NCBI GenBank assembly: GCA_964609395.1
Contig: CAZSRU010000007.1
Coordinates: 47 to 64,046, forward strand
From: an uncultured Victivallales bacterium
GTDB taxonomy: Bacteria; Verrucomicrobiota; Kiritimatiellia; UBA8416
Length of the DNA: 64,000 nt
Reading direction: 5' to 3'
The notes under the pieces are model-generated. The model was not told where the DNA came from. It did not search any database and saw only the letters and a program-made list of their open reading frames with translations. Within the stretch, counting starts at the first letter, position 1. Every line of letters begins with the position of its first letter. Shown here in pieces: positions 50,711-61,238 of this stretch. The position numbers and the translations under genes are program-made.

Positions 50711-51103
50711 ATGACCCCGAGTGACAGACGGTACACGGAAACACATGAATGGGTAAAGATCGAGAAGGGCCTGGCGGTGGTCGGGATTTCCGACTATGCA
50801 CAGGAAGCTCTCGGCGACATCACGTTTGTCGAACTGCCCGAGACCGACCATAACGTCGAGCAGGAGGAGGAATGCGGCGTGATCGAGTCGGTCAAGGCCG
50901 CCAGCGATATCTACGCGCCGATCAGCGGCATGATCGTCGAGATCAACGATGCCCTCGACGGCACCCCCGAGATCATCAACGAGGATCCCTACGGCGAAGG
51001 CTGGATCTTCAAACTGGCCAACTATGACGAGGAACAGCTCGAGGAACTGCTCGATGCCGCCGATTACGAGGCCCTGCACGAGGACGAAGAGGACGACGAG
51101 TAG
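50711..51103 (+). CDS. gcvH: Glycine cleavage system H protein. Start chosen at MTPSDRRYTETHEW with SD AGGAG.
   Basis: Lipoyl-lysine region ESVKAASDIYAP and HEWVKIE N-terminus. Confidence 0.85.
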   Translation: MTPSDRRYTETHEWVKIEKGLAVVGISDYAQEALGDITFVELPETDHNVEQEEECGVIESVKAASDIYAPISGMIVEINDALDGTPEIINEDPYGEGWIFKLANYDEEQLEELLDAADYEALHEDEEDDE

Positions 51104-51176
51104 CGGCGGCCCTTGGGTGGCCAAAATGATGCGGGAAGAAACGTTGGGGAATTGAAGTTATAGGCAAGTAAGGAAA

Positions 51177-52526
51177 ATGAGTTATACAGCCAATACCCCC
51201 GCCCAGCAGCGCGAGATGCTGGATGCCTGCGGTGCCGCATCGACCGATGCCTTCTTCGAGGTCATCCCCCCCTCGCTGCGGGCAGGTGCGCTCAACCTGC
51301 CCCCCGCCCGCTCGGAGTTCGAGGTGCGGAACTATTTCCAGCGGGCGGCCGCCCGTAACGCGGGGCCGCTGACGCTGTTCCTCGGCGGCGGCGTGTATGA
51401 CCACTTCATTCCCGCCGCCGTGGACGCGCTGGCCGGCCGCAGCGAGTTCTACACGGCCTACACGCCCTACCAGCCCGAAGTCTCGCAGGGGACACTGCAG
51501 GCGATCTACGAGTACCAGAGCAGCATCTGCCGCCTGACGGGGATGGACGTCTCCAACGCCTCGCTCTACGACGGCGGCACGGCCCTCTGCGAAGCCTGCC
51601 AGATGGCCATCCACGCCACCAAGCGCAGCCGGATCGTGCTGGACGGCGGGATCAATCCGGTCTACCGCACGATGATCCGGACCTACACGGCCAACCTGTC
51701 GATCGGCCTGGACGAGGTTCCGGTCTCCCACGGCCAGAGCAACCGCGCGGCACTCGCGGCGGCAATCACGGGCGAGACGGCGGCCGTAATCCTTCAGAAC
51801 CCCAACTTCTTCGGTGTCATCGACGATCACAGCGATATCGCCGAGGCCTGCCATACGCAGGGGGCGCTGGTAATCCAGTCGGTCTACCCGGTCGCCATGA
51901 GCGTACTCAAGACGCCCGGTGAATGCGGGGTCGACATCGTGACCGGCGAGGGGCAGTCGCTGGGCATCCCGCTGAGTTTCGGCGGGCCCTATCTCGGGTT
52001 CATGGCCACCACCAGCACGCTGGTGCGCAAGATGCCGGGGCGCCTGGTCGGACGCACGCGCGACCGCGAGGGGCGCGACGCCTTTGTACTGACCCTGCAG
52101 GCACGTGAGCAGCATATCCGCCGCGACAAGGCCACCTCGAACATCTGCACGAACCAAGCACTCTGCGCCCTGCGCGCCCATATCCACATGTCCTTGCTCG
52201 GCCCCGCCGGCCTGCGGGAGGTCGCGGAACTGTGCCTTTCCAAGACGCGTTACGCGATCAAGCGCCTCAAGGCGATCCCCGGCGTCGAGGTGATGGAAAG
52301 CAGCCCTGTTTTCAACGAATTCACCGTGCGGCTGCCGATGGATGCCAATGAACTGGTGAACCGGCTGATCGAGCGCGGCATCGCCGCCGGCCTGCCGCTG
52401 GGCCGCTTCTACCCCGGTATGGACAATTACCTGCTGGTGGCGGTCACGGAGAAGCGCACGCGCTACGAGATCGGCATGCTGGCCGAAACGATTGAATCCG
52501 TCCTGCGTCAGGAGGCGATACTGTGA
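51177..52526 (+). CDS. gcvPA: Glycine dehydrogenase (decarboxylating) subunit 1.
   Basis: MSYTANTPAQQREMLDACG N-terminus typical of GcvPA. ~449 aa. A 4-nt overlap with gcvPB. Confidence 0.9.
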   Translation: MSYTANTPAQQREMLDACGAASTDAFFEVIPPSLRAGALNLPPARSEFEVRNYFQRAAARNAGPLTLFLGGGVYDHFIPAAVDALAGRSEFYTAYTPYQPEVSQGTLQAIYEYQSSICRLTGMDVSNASLYDGGTALCEACQMAIHATKRSRIVLDGGINPVYRTMIRTYTANLSIGLDEVPVSHGQSNRAALAAAITGETAAVILQNPNFFGVIDDHSDIAEACHTQGALVIQSVYPVAMSVLKTPGECGVDIVTGEGQSLGIPLSFGGPYLGFMATTSTLVRKMPGRLVGRTRDREGRDAFVLTLQAREQHIRRDKATSNICTNQALCALRAHIHMSLLGPAGLREVAELCLSKTRYAIKRLKAIPGVEVMESSPVFNEFTVRLPMDANELVNRLIERGIAAGLPLGRFYPGMDNYLLVAVTEKRTRYEIGMLAETIESVLRQEAIL

Positions 52527-53980
52527 GTGTCATCTTTGAGAAATCCATTCCCGGCCGCCGTGGTGTCAAGCTTCCCCGCGTCGATGTCCCGGTCGATAGC
52601 GAGATCCCGGCCAACCTGCGGCGGCAATCCCCGCTGCCACTGGCCGAACTGTCCGAGCTGGATGTCGTGCGCCACTTTACCGGATTGTCGAAAAAGAACT
52701 TCAGCATCGACGGCGGTTTCTATCCGCTGGGCTCCTGCACGATGAAGTACAATCCCAAGATCACCGAGGTGATCGCCTCGCTCGACGGATTCATGAACCT
52801 GCACCCGTTCCTGCCGCAGCTCCGCCACGGCGGGCTGCTCGTGCAGGGGGCTCTGGAAGTGATGCACACCTTCGAGCAGATACTCTGCGAGATCGGCGGC
52901 ATGGATGCCTTCACCCTGCACCCGATGGCGGGTGCGCACGGCGAGATGACCGGCATGATGCTGATCGCGGCCTACCACCGAGACAAGGGCAACCGGAAAC
53001 GGGTGGTCCTGATTCCCGACGAGGCGCACGGGACGAACCCCTCCAGCGCGGCCATCGCGGGTTTCGCCACCCAATCCATCCCGACCGACCCGACCACCGG
53101 CATGCTCGACCTGGAGGCGCTGGAAGCGGCCGTCAACAACGACACGGCCGCGATCATGCTGACCAACCCCAACACGCTGGGCATCTTCAACCGCCATATC
53201 CAGACGGTCGCCGAGATCGCGCACCGGCACGATGCCCTCGTCTATTACGACGGTGCCAATCTCAACGCGATCCTCGGGCGGTTCCGTCCGGGCGATGCCG
53301 GCGTCGACGTGATGCACATCAACCTGCACAAGACGTTCTCCACCCCCCACGGCGGCGGCGGGCCCGGCGCGGGCCCAGTCGGCGTGCGCAAGCATCTCGA
53401 GCCGTACCTGCCGATCTCACGCATCCAGAAACGCCGCGACAACTCCTACACACTCGAGTACGATTATCCGAAGTCGATCGGCTACATCGCACCCTTCTAC
53501 GGCAACTTCCTGATCGTGCTGCGCGCCTGCGCCTACTGCATGCTGCAAGGGGCGGAAGGGATGCTGGAGATCAGCGAACAAGCGGTCCTGAACGCCAACT
53601 ACATGATGAACCGGCTCAAGGATGTCTACGAGCTGCCCTACGACCAGACCTGCATGCACGAGTTCGTGCTGTCGGCCAAGCGCCAGGCGGCCAAGGGCGT
53701 GCATGCCATGGATATCGCCAAGGCGCTGATGGACCGCGGCTTCCACCCGCCCACGGTCTACTTCCCGCTGATCGTCAAGGAAGCCATGATGATCGAGCCG
53801 ACCGAATCCGAGAGCAAGGAGACGCTCGACCAGTTCATCGACGCCATGCGCGAGATCGCCGCGCTGGCGGAATCCGACCCTGCATCCGTAACCGCCGCCC
53901 CGCTGACCACGCCGGTCGCTCGGCCGGACGAGCAACTGGCAGCCCGCCAGATGGACTTCGCCTACAATCGGGGATCCTGA
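52523..53980 (+). CDS. gcvPB: Glycine dehydrogenase (decarboxylating) subunit 2 (PLP-binding).
   Basis: GTG start with GGAGG SD. PLP-lysine region NLHKTFSTPHGGGGPG. Confidence 0.9.
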   Translation: MSVIFEKSIPGRRGVKLPRVDVPVDSEIPANLRRQSPLPLAELSELDVVRHFTGLSKKNFSIDGGFYPLGSCTMKYNPKITEVIASLDGFMNLHPFLPQLRHGGLLVQGALEVMHTFEQILCEIGGMDAFTLHPMAGAHGEMTGMMLIAAYHRDKGNRKRVVLIPDEAHGTNPSSAAIAGFATQSIPTDPTTGMLDLEALEAAVNNDTAAIMLTNPNTLGIFNRHIQTVAEIAHRHDALVYYDGANLNAILGRFRPGDAGVDVMHINLHKTFSTPHGGGGPGAGPVGVRKHLEPYLPISRIQKRRDNSYTLEYDYPKSIGYIAPFYGNFLIVLRACAYCMLQGAEGMLEISEQAVLNANYMMNRLKDVYELPYDQTCMHEFVLSAKRQAAKGVHAMDIAKALMDRGFHPPTVYFPLIVKEAMMIEPTESESKETLDQFIDAMREIAALAESDPASVTAAPLTTPVARPDEQLAARQMDFAYNRGS

Positions 53981-53982
53981 CC

Positions 53983-54468
53983 ATGGATGCCGATTTCATG
54001 TCCCTGTTCGACAACCCGTGTTTCTGGGCAGCGTTCTGGTCATGGACGATCGCGCAATCCGTCAAGATGCTCTGCGCACTCAGCCGGACCCGGCGACTGG
54101 ACTTCAGCTACCTGGTCAGCACGGGTGGAATGCCCAGCGCGCACTCCGCCTTCGCCACCGGCATGGCGACCTCGATCGGGCTCGAGGCCGGCTTCGGTTC
54201 CCCGGTTGTCGTTGTGGCGATGGCCTTTGCCATGATCACCATGTTCGATGCCTCGACCGTCCGCCGCGCGGCGGGCCAGCAAGCCCGCCTGCTCAACGAG
54301 ATGATCGCGGAACTGTTCAAGGAGCACCACCTGTCGGAAGTCAAACTCAAGGAGCTGCTCGGCCATACCCGGCTCGAGGTCTTGATGGGCGCGGTTATCG
54401 GAGTCCTGACCGCCCTGCTGGTCGTGTCGAAGTCGTCAGCATCCGTCTGCTTTAATCCCGTACCCTAG
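53983..54468 (+). CDS. Divergent PAP2/DUF212 (YuiD-like) membrane protein.
   Basis: GGMPSAHSAF motif and hydrophobic helices. It is 2 nt after the gcvPB stop. Confidence 0.65.
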   Translation: MDADFMSLFDNPCFWAAFWSWTIAQSVKMLCALSRTRRLDFSYLVSTGGMPSAHSAFATGMATSIGLEAGFGSPVVVVAMAFAMITMFDASTVRRAAGQQARLLNEMIAELFKEHHLSEVKLKELLGHTRLEVLMGAVIGVLTALLVVSKSSASVCFNPVP

Positions 54469-54470
54469 CC

Positions 54471-55235
54471 ATGAAAACCACTTCATCTTCGCAGACAGGT
54501 GCCCGCGCGCAGGTCCACGGCAGCCCAGGCTCGCGTGTCCGTCTGCTGGGACTCGGACACAGCCTATGGCCGCTGGTGCTGGTCTTCATCGCGCTTGGCT
54601 ACCTGATCCGCGCCGCGCTGCCCGTACCCGCGCTATCCTCTGGCGTCACCGGCCTGTTGTTCCTGGCGCTGGCCGTTGCCGTCGCGGCCGCCGCCAACTA
54701 CAGCCGTGACCGGCTGCAACGCTATCTCAAGGGCGCGCGGGGCGAGGAAGCCGTCGCCCGTGCACTCGACCGCCTGCCGGCGGGCTGGCACGTCTTTCAC
54801 GGCGTGGCCCTGGATGACTCGCCGTTATCCTCCGGCGGCGGCGCGGATATCGACCATGTCGTCGTCGCCCCGCACGCCATCTTCGTGATCGAGACCAAGA
54901 ACTGGAGCGGCGAGATCACCGCCCCTCACGATACGCTGCTGTGCGACGGCCAGCCACCCGACCGCGATCCGCTCGAACAGGCCAAGGCCGCGGCCAGCGG
55001 GTTGCGCCAGCGGCTGACGAAGGCAACCGGCGAGGAGACCGCTGAACGACCGATCATCCCGGTCGTCTGCTTCTGCGGCGGCACGCGGCCACGGGGCATC
55101 ACCGGACTGGCCGGGGTTATGATTTGCAACGAGGAGGGACTCTGCGCTATGATGCAGTCGCACCGGGAGGCGTCATTGCCCGCCGCCTACCGCGATGCGG
55201 CCATTAGCATACTAAAGGCGGCTGTGGAGAAGTGA
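54471..55235 (+). CDS. NERD (nuclease-related domain) protein with an N-terminal membrane anchor.
   Basis: KGARGEEAVARALDRLPAGWHVFHGV...ADIDHVVVAPHAIFVIETKNWSGEI fits the NERD core. Two N-terminal TM helices. Confidence 0.7.
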   Translation: MKTTSSSQTGARAQVHGSPGSRVRLLGLGHSLWPLVLVFIALGYLIRAALPVPALSSGVTGLLFLALAVAVAAAANYSRDRLQRYLKGARGEEAVARALDRLPAGWHVFHGVALDDSPLSSGGGADIDHVVVAPHAIFVIETKNWSGEITAPHDTLLCDGQPPDRDPLEQAKAAASGLRQRLTKATGEETAERPIIPVVCFCGGTRPRGITGLAGVMICNEEGLCAMMQSHREASLPAAYRDAAISILKAAVEK

Positions 55236-55356
55236 AGCCAGCGCACGGAGGACGGGCAAAAACGAGTGGGTAACTAAAATGTAGCCCAGTTGCGCCGCAA
55301 CTGAGGCAACGGGATGCGCATACAATTTCGCAAATCCCCGCGGGCATAGACAAGCC

Positions 55357-56091
55357 ATGCATGAGATAGAAAGAACCGTCATCATCGCGCTCCCGACCGT
55401 GTTCGGGATCGACCTTAGCATCACCAACGAGATCGTGCTGCTCTGGATCGCCGCCCTGGCCTGCTTCACGGTCCTGACGCTCGCCTGCCGCCGCAAGGCC
55501 CTCGTCGCCACGGGTGTCTTCCCGAACCTGATGGAGGCGCTGATTGACTTCATCGACCGCAGCGCCGGCCGCGAGATCCTCGGCAAGCAGGCGTCGCGCT
55601 GGTCCACCTTCCTGCTCACCCTCTTTTTCTTCATCCTCTTCAGCAACCTGATGTCACTGGTCCCCCTGCCCTCGCACGTCAAGGCCATGACCTCCAGCAT
55701 GAGCGTGACGGGCGCTCTGGCACTGGTCGTCTTCGCCGTCACGGTCGTGGTCAATATACGCCAGCACGGCCTGATCGGGTTCCTCGCGCGTTTCGCCCCG
55801 CCGGGGCTGCCGCTGGCGGTACGGATCTTCGCCTTCCCGATCGAGGTGGTCAGTTGGCTCGCCCGGCCGCTGTCACTGGCCATCCGCCTGTTCGCCAACA
55901 TCCTGGCCGGGCATGCGCTGATCCTGATCTTCCTGGGCATGGCCGCCTCCAGCACCTGGTTCCTCAAGCCCCTGCCCTATGCCGGGGCCGTGGTCATGAG
56001 CGTCTTCGAGCTGCTGGTCGGTTTCCTGCAGGCCTTTATCTTTACATTGCTGGCCGGAATGTATATCAAGGACGCCATGGATTCGCACTGA
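55357..56091 (+). CDS. atpB: Fo ATP synthase a subunit.
   Basis: Polytopic protein with the conserved essential Arg region LAIRLFANILAGH. Confidence 0.85.
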   Translation: MHEIERTVIIALPTVFGIDLSITNEIVLLWIAALACFTVLTLACRRKALVATGVFPNLMEALIDFIDRSAGREILGKQASRWSTFLLTLFFFILFSNLMSLVPLPSHVKAMTSSMSVTGALALVVFAVTVVVNIRQHGLIGFLARFAPPGLPLAVRIFAFPIEVVSWLARPLSLAIRLFANILAGHALILIFLGMAASSTWFLKPLPYAGAVVMSVFELLVGFLQAFIFTLLAGMYIKDAMDSH

Positions 56092-56415
56092 GGAAGTCAC
56101 CCGGTATCAGCGGCGCAACCAATGACCTATCGGGTGCAAGCCGATGCTCGCTTATCCCTGAGCGGGCGGGACGGGCACCACCCGTGTTCCTACTGGCGGC
56201 TGGATGAAAACGGTCATCTTAGGTTGCACCTGTATTTCCGTCGCCACGGCGGCGATGGGTAACTGAGATACCCCGTCGATCTGATCTCAGATACCGCTTC
56301 ATCTCCGCCGTCAACACATCCCAATCCCCATTCGCATAATTAGCGAAATTCGCGGTTAAACTCCCCGAGCACAATGCCTATAGCCTGCGGTCTACAGTCT
56401 CTCTATGCGTGGATA

Positions 56416-57651
56416 TCAGATGGCGTTCCAGGGGATGGCGATGGCATGCTCGGAGAGTCGATAGGGAAGGCTTCCCCCGTAGACAATAACGCCGGGTTGC
56501 GCGGTAGAGTAAGTGCTGCGAAAGGCCTGTATGCCACGCGTGTCGTGATTTGAAAGACGTGTCGCCGCTTTGAACTCGATCGGGAACAGCTTGCCGTTGT
56601 AGTCAAGGACGGTATCGACTTCTGCGCCGTTCTGGGTACGCCAATGGTACATGGTGGGCGCGAGCGAAAGTCGCTGAATCTGGCGGTGAATCCAGCCAAC
56701 ACCCCAGGACTCGAAGAGATTCCCGAAATGCGGGCTGGCCAGCAGGCTTTCGGGCGATGGAATGGCGTTGAGATAGCAGGCGAGCCCCGTGTCCTGAAGG
56801 TGTCCTTTGGGCTTTGCACTGAGTTTCTTGATGGCATTGCCGGAATAGGCCGGTAATTCTAGCCATTGATAGGACCATACGAGCAGGTTCAGCCAGGCAC
56901 GGGCAGTCTTGGGGGTGATTCCCAGTTCGCGACCGAACTGGGCTTGTAAGATCTCCTGGCCGGTCAGGGCACCGCAGAGTCGCAGGAAGCGGCCGAAGTG
57001 CGCCATGTCGGAGAGGTCTGCCATGCGCCGCACGTCCCGCTCAACATAGGTTTGCACGTACGATCCCAAGTAAGCCGGAACATCCTCGTCATCCAGCGGT
57101 ACAAGGGCCGGTAAAGCACCCCGCCATAGGTGCCGGCACAATGAGTGCCGTGTTTCAAGAGTCAGAATGCTGTTGATGTTGTCCGCGAATCCATTAGCGT
57201 CTGATAGATAGTCCACCAACCAGCTTTGAGCATCGGCTTTGCCGGCCTCTTCCGCCGGGGTGAGTCCATCGAGGCGCAGTATGCCGACGCGTCCTGCCAG
57301 ACTTTCCGAAACATCACGCAGAACTGCCAGATTCTGGGAGCCTGTCAGAAAATACTGTCCCGTCCCATCGGAACAATCCACGCGTCGTTTGAGTGCCGGC
57401 AGAAGTTCCGGTGCGTATTGCACTTCATCCAGAATGAGCGGTGAACTGAATGTGCCCAGAAACTGGTCCGGATCGCTGCGGGCCCCGTATAGATCTTGAA
57501 CGGGGTCGAACACGACTTTGCGGACATTCGGGAAAACATGCTCCAGGAGCGTGCTCTTGCCAACCTGTCTCGCCCCAGCGACGAGTACGGTTTTGAACGC
57601 CTTGGCATGACGAAGAAGTCTCGGTTCCAAGTGTCGGTTTAGATAGTTCAT
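56416..57651 (-). CDS. AAA+ ATPase of the DUF4143 family (COG1373-like), inserted between atpB and atpE. Start chosen at MNYLNRHLEP; the ORF-track extension is spurious.
   Basis: Walker A VLVAGARQVGKST, Walker B ILDEVQ, C-terminal DUF4143-like region. Confidence 0.75.
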   Translation of the reverse strand: MNYLNRHLEPRLLRHAKAFKTVLVAGARQVGKSTLLEHVFPNVRKVVFDPVQDLYGARSDPDQFLGTFSSPLILDEVQYAPELLPALKRRVDCSDGTGQYFLTGSQNLAVLRDVSESLAGRVGILRLDGLTPAEEAGKADAQSWLVDYLSDANGFADNINSILTLETRHSLCRHLWRGALPALVPLDDEDVPAYLGSYVQTYVERDVRRMADLSDMAHFGRFLRLCGALTGQEILQAQFGRELGITPKTARAWLNLLVWSYQWLELPAYSGNAIKKLSAKPKGHLQDTGLACYLNAIPSPESLLASPHFGNLFESWGVGWIHRQIQRLSLAPTMYHWRTQNGAEVDTVLDYNGKLFPIEFKAATRLSNHDTRGIQAFRSTYSTAQPGVIVYGGSLPYRLSEHAIAIPWNAI

Positions 57652-57658
57652 GCCTGTT

Positions 57659-57686
57659 AAATTACCAAGGTATACAGTATTGTCAA
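57659..57686 (-). promoter_or_regulatory. Sigma-70-like promoter for the AAA ATPase gene: TTGACA - 16 nt - TAATTT (minus strand), with a short leader.
   Basis: Reverse complement of 57652-57690 reads attattgacaatactgtataccttggtaatttaacaggcATG. Confidence 0.45.
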
Positions 57687-57867
57687 TAATGATTATAATG
57701 GCAATTAATACAAACCAATAGCGACCGGCGCAACTCGTAATCCGCTCTCGTCGCCCGCTCTCGTCCACCGGCTCCACAAGAATTTCAAATCCCGAGCAGC
57801 AGTCTTTCTTTGTGCCATTCGCGCTATCCTTAATTCGCGCCTTGTCGTCGGGGCCGGAATCATGTAG

Positions 57868-58230
<363 letters not shown>

Positions 58231-58254
58231 CGCACGACACACGGGGTATGCCTC

Positions 58255-58761
58255 ATGGGCCATTTCGATGCAGGTCTGTTCTTCTGGGCTCTCGCGACCT
58301 TCGCGGGGCTGATGTTGCTGCTTTCGCGCTTTGCCTTCAAGCCGTTGCGCGAGATGCTGCAGCGCCGCGAGGAGACGATCCGCGATGCCATCCGGCAGGC
58401 CGAGACCACGCGCCTGGAGGCGCGCCACTTGTTCGAGCAGCAGCAGGCCGGCATCGCCGAGGCGCGCCAGCAGTCACGCGAGGCGATCGAGGAGGGGCAC
58501 CGCATCGTGGCCGGCATCAAGCAGGAGGCGGCCGAGGCCGGACGCCAGCAGACCGAGCTGCTGCTGGAGCGTGCCCGCAGCGAGATCGAGAACGAGACCC
58601 GCAAGAGCCTTGACGACCTGAAGGGGACCGTCGCCGCGCTGTCGGTGCGCATCGCCCGCCAGATCATCCGTGAGAATCTCGACGAGAAACGCCACGAGGA
58701 GCTGGCCGACCAGTTCATCGAGCGCCTGAAGAAGAACCGTAATGAGCCCCGCAAACGATAA
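58255..58761 (+). CDS. atpF: Fo ATP synthase b subunit.
   Basis: N-terminal TM helix then a long charged coiled coil (REMLQRREETIRDAIRQAE...). Confidence 0.85.
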   Translation: MGHFDAGLFFWALATFAGLMLLLSRFAFKPLREMLQRREETIRDAIRQAETTRLEARHLFEQQQAGIAEARQQSREAIEEGHRIVAGIKQEAAEAGRQQTELLLERARSEIENETRKSLDDLKGTVAALSVRIARQIIRENLDEKRHEELADQFIERLKKNRNEPRKR

Positions 58762-59281
58762 ACCCGCCGTCTACGCACGGGCGCTGCACGCCGTCACCGA
58801 GGCAAACCACTGCATCGAGGCGGTGTCCGCCGACCTTGGCCACCTGATCGATTTCATGCACAAAAACCCGTCCGTCCGCCAGTTCCTGGCCAGTGATGAC
58901 GTCACCGCCCCCGGCAAGCAGAACGCCCTGGCGGAGCTGCTCGGGGGGCAACTGCATCCGCTGCTCGTGCCCTTCACGCTGCTGCTGGCCGCCGCCGGCG
59001 ATATCGACCTGCTTGCCCCCCTGGCTGCCGCCTTCACCGCCACCACCGCCGGCGACACGCAGATCGAGGTCGGCGAGATCCACAGCGCCGTCGCCCTCTC
59101 GCCGGAGCGCCTGGCCGTGATCGAGGCCGAGGTCGGCCGGACGCTCAACCGCACGGTCCGCCTGCAACCGCACGTCATGAACAACATCCTCGGCGGCATC
59201 CGCGTCAAGATCGGCGACACCATCATCGACGGCACCCTCGACACCCAGTTGGAAGAAGCCCGCCGCCACCTGCTCGAGTGA
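58742..59281 (+). CDS. atpH: F1 ATP synthase delta subunit (OSCP).
   Basis: It overlaps the atpF 3' end. 179 aa with OSCP-like pattern (VYARALH..., ...LAVIEAEVGRTLNRTV). Confidence 0.8.
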   Translation: MSPANDKPAVYARALHAVTEANHCIEAVSADLGHLIDFMHKNPSVRQFLASDDVTAPGKQNALAELLGGQLHPLLVPFTLLLAAAGDIDLLAPLAAAFTATTAGDTQIEVGEIHSAVALSPERLAVIEAEVGRTLNRTVRLQPHVMNNILGGIRVKIGDTIIDGTLDTQLEEARRHLLE

Positions 59282-61029
59282 CAAATGATATGACACGCCA
59301 CCCCGCCCGGAAACGGTTGTTGTTCCTACAGTTACCTCGTCTCGATCCAGACGTTTCCGCGCCGGGGGAAAACGTCATGCTGGCCGCCGCCTGCCTGACG
59401 TATGCGCTGCGGCGTTCGCCAGAAGTAAGGCACTGGCGGTTGCTGGAGGCCTCTGCCGCACAGGACAACCTGGCGGATGCGCCCCTGCTGGCGCATCTGG
59501 CGGAACTGCGACCGGACTGCATCGCCACCACCGCCTACCTCTGGAACGTGGAGCGGACGCTGCGGCTGCTGCAGGACCTCAAACGCCTGCTCCCCACCCT
59601 GCGCGTCGTGCTTGGCGGCCCCGAAGCCGCGCACGAGCACACGCTGCTCTTCCGCGCCGACTCTCCGTGCGATGCGATTGCCATCGGCGAGGGCGAAACG
59701 GTCTTCCCGGCCATACTGCAGTCACTTCGCACCGGGGAACATCCCGATATCGAAACCGTGGTCACCCGCCTACAGGTGCCTGCGGTCAAGGGCCAACCGT
59801 CTGAGTGGACCTGGGGAACCCGACCACGGACGCTGCCCGCCCTGATCGACATCCTGCCCCCGCCAGCCGCCCGCGTCAACCGCCCGGATGCGCACGGCAT
59901 GGCCTACCTTGAAACCAGCCGTGGATGCCCCCTGCGCTGCGCCTTCTGCTGCTACAATCTCCGCCGCGCCGGCAGCAGTTCGCTCCCGCCCGAGAACGTT
60001 TTTCGGCGTGTCCGGATCCTGCAACGCCGGGGCGCTCGCGAGATCAGGCTGGTGGACCCAACCTTCAATGCCCACCCGCAGTTCGACGTCGTCGTCGCCA
60101 CCCTGGCACGTGCCAATCGCGACCGCAAGATCGCCTTTTTTGTCGAGATCCGGGCCGACACCCTGACCGAGGACCAGGCACGTCAACTGGCACAGGCCGG
60201 GGTGACCGAGGCGGAGGTCGGCATCCAGAGCACCGATCCGGCCGTGTTACGAATCCTGCAGCGCGGCACGAATCCCGCTCGCGTATTGCGCGGTATCGGC
60301 TACCTTCAGCAGCACGGCATCCGCCCCACGATCGACTTCATGTATGGGTTGCCAAGGCAGGATCGCCAGGATATCGACCGTTCCCTGCAGTGGCTGGAAA
60401 ACGTTCCCGATTCGCATCCGCAATTCCTCCCGCTCCTGCTGCTGCCGGGCACCGAACTGCGCGACCGGGCGGCCGAACTGAAACTGAAAGCACAGCCCCT
60501 GCCGCCCTACCGCGTCCTATCCACCGACAGGCTGAGCACCCGCGACCTGCGTGAGATCGAGAACGAGGCGGCTGAGCGCCTCGGGGCATTCGACGCCCCG
60601 ACCGAAACGTTTGCCGGCCGCCGGTTGCCGGATCTTTTCCCCGACCAGTCCCGTTGTGCTGCCCCCTTTGACCTGACAGACCTGCCGCCGGCTTCGGCAA
60701 ACCGCCAGACCCTGTACCTGCGCGGACATGATCTGTTCCAGCAGCGGGCAAGGCTTTCCGCCATCTTGCGGCATGCCATCAAGTCGGAACCCGATATCCT
60801 GTGGCAGTTTGTTCTCGAACCATTCCAGGAGGAACCGCTGGATCTGCTGGATGAACTGCTGACCGTCTTGAGTCGCCAACCCTCGCACTGGCTCGACCGC
60901 CTGCTCGCCCCCCCCGGTCAGCGCATACTGGCGGCACGACGGCTCTTCATCCGCCCCGTACGCGGCACCCGCGTTTCCCCCGACTGGCTAACCGCCTGCG
61001 ACGACCTCATCGCCTGCAGCTCGCATTGA
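59278..61029 (+). CDS. B12-binding-domain radical SAM protein (class B radical SAM).
   Basis: SRGCPLRCAFCCY (CxxxCxxC) after an N-terminal Rossmann-like B12-binding region. GTG start overlapping the atpH stop; the alternative ATG is 59290. Confidence 0.75.
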   Translation: MTNDMTRHPARKRLLFLQLPRLDPDVSAPGENVMLAAACLTYALRRSPEVRHWRLLEASAAQDNLADAPLLAHLAELRPDCIATTAYLWNVERTLRLLQDLKRLLPTLRVVLGGPEAAHEHTLLFRADSPCDAIAIGEGETVFPAILQSLRTGEHPDIETVVTRLQVPAVKGQPSEWTWGTRPRTLPALIDILPPPAARVNRPDAHGMAYLETSRGCPLRCAFCCYNLRRAGSSSLPPENVFRRVRILQRRGAREIRLVDPTFNAHPQFDVVVATLARANRDRKIAFFVEIRADTLTEDQARQLAQAGVTEAEVGIQSTDPAVLRILQRGTNPARVLRGIGYLQQHGIRPTIDFMYGLPRQDRQDIDRSLQWLENVPDSHPQFLPLLLLPGTELRDRAAELKLKAQPLPPYRVLSTDRLSTRDLREIENEAAERLGAFDAPTETFAGRRLPDLFPDQSRCAAPFDLTDLPPASANRQTLYLRGHDLFQQRARLSAILRHAIKSEPDILWQFVLEPFQEEPLDLLDELLTVLSRQPSHWLDRLLAPPGQRILAARRLFIRPVRGTRVSPDWLTACDDLIACSSH

Positions 61030-61238
61030 GCGACTTGTCCCGCGTGGACACGATCTTTGCATAAAGCCATATTGGCTTTAGGACAAGGGCCTCGGTCTCT
61101 TTAGCCCGACATGCTTACTGCCGTTGGTGCCGTACTTTTCCATCAACCGCATCCCCATCTCCGCATGCCAGTGAAAGCTGTCGCGGTCATTGATGTCCAG
61201 CGGGTTATCCAGATGAGGCATGGATCTTCATTCGTGGC

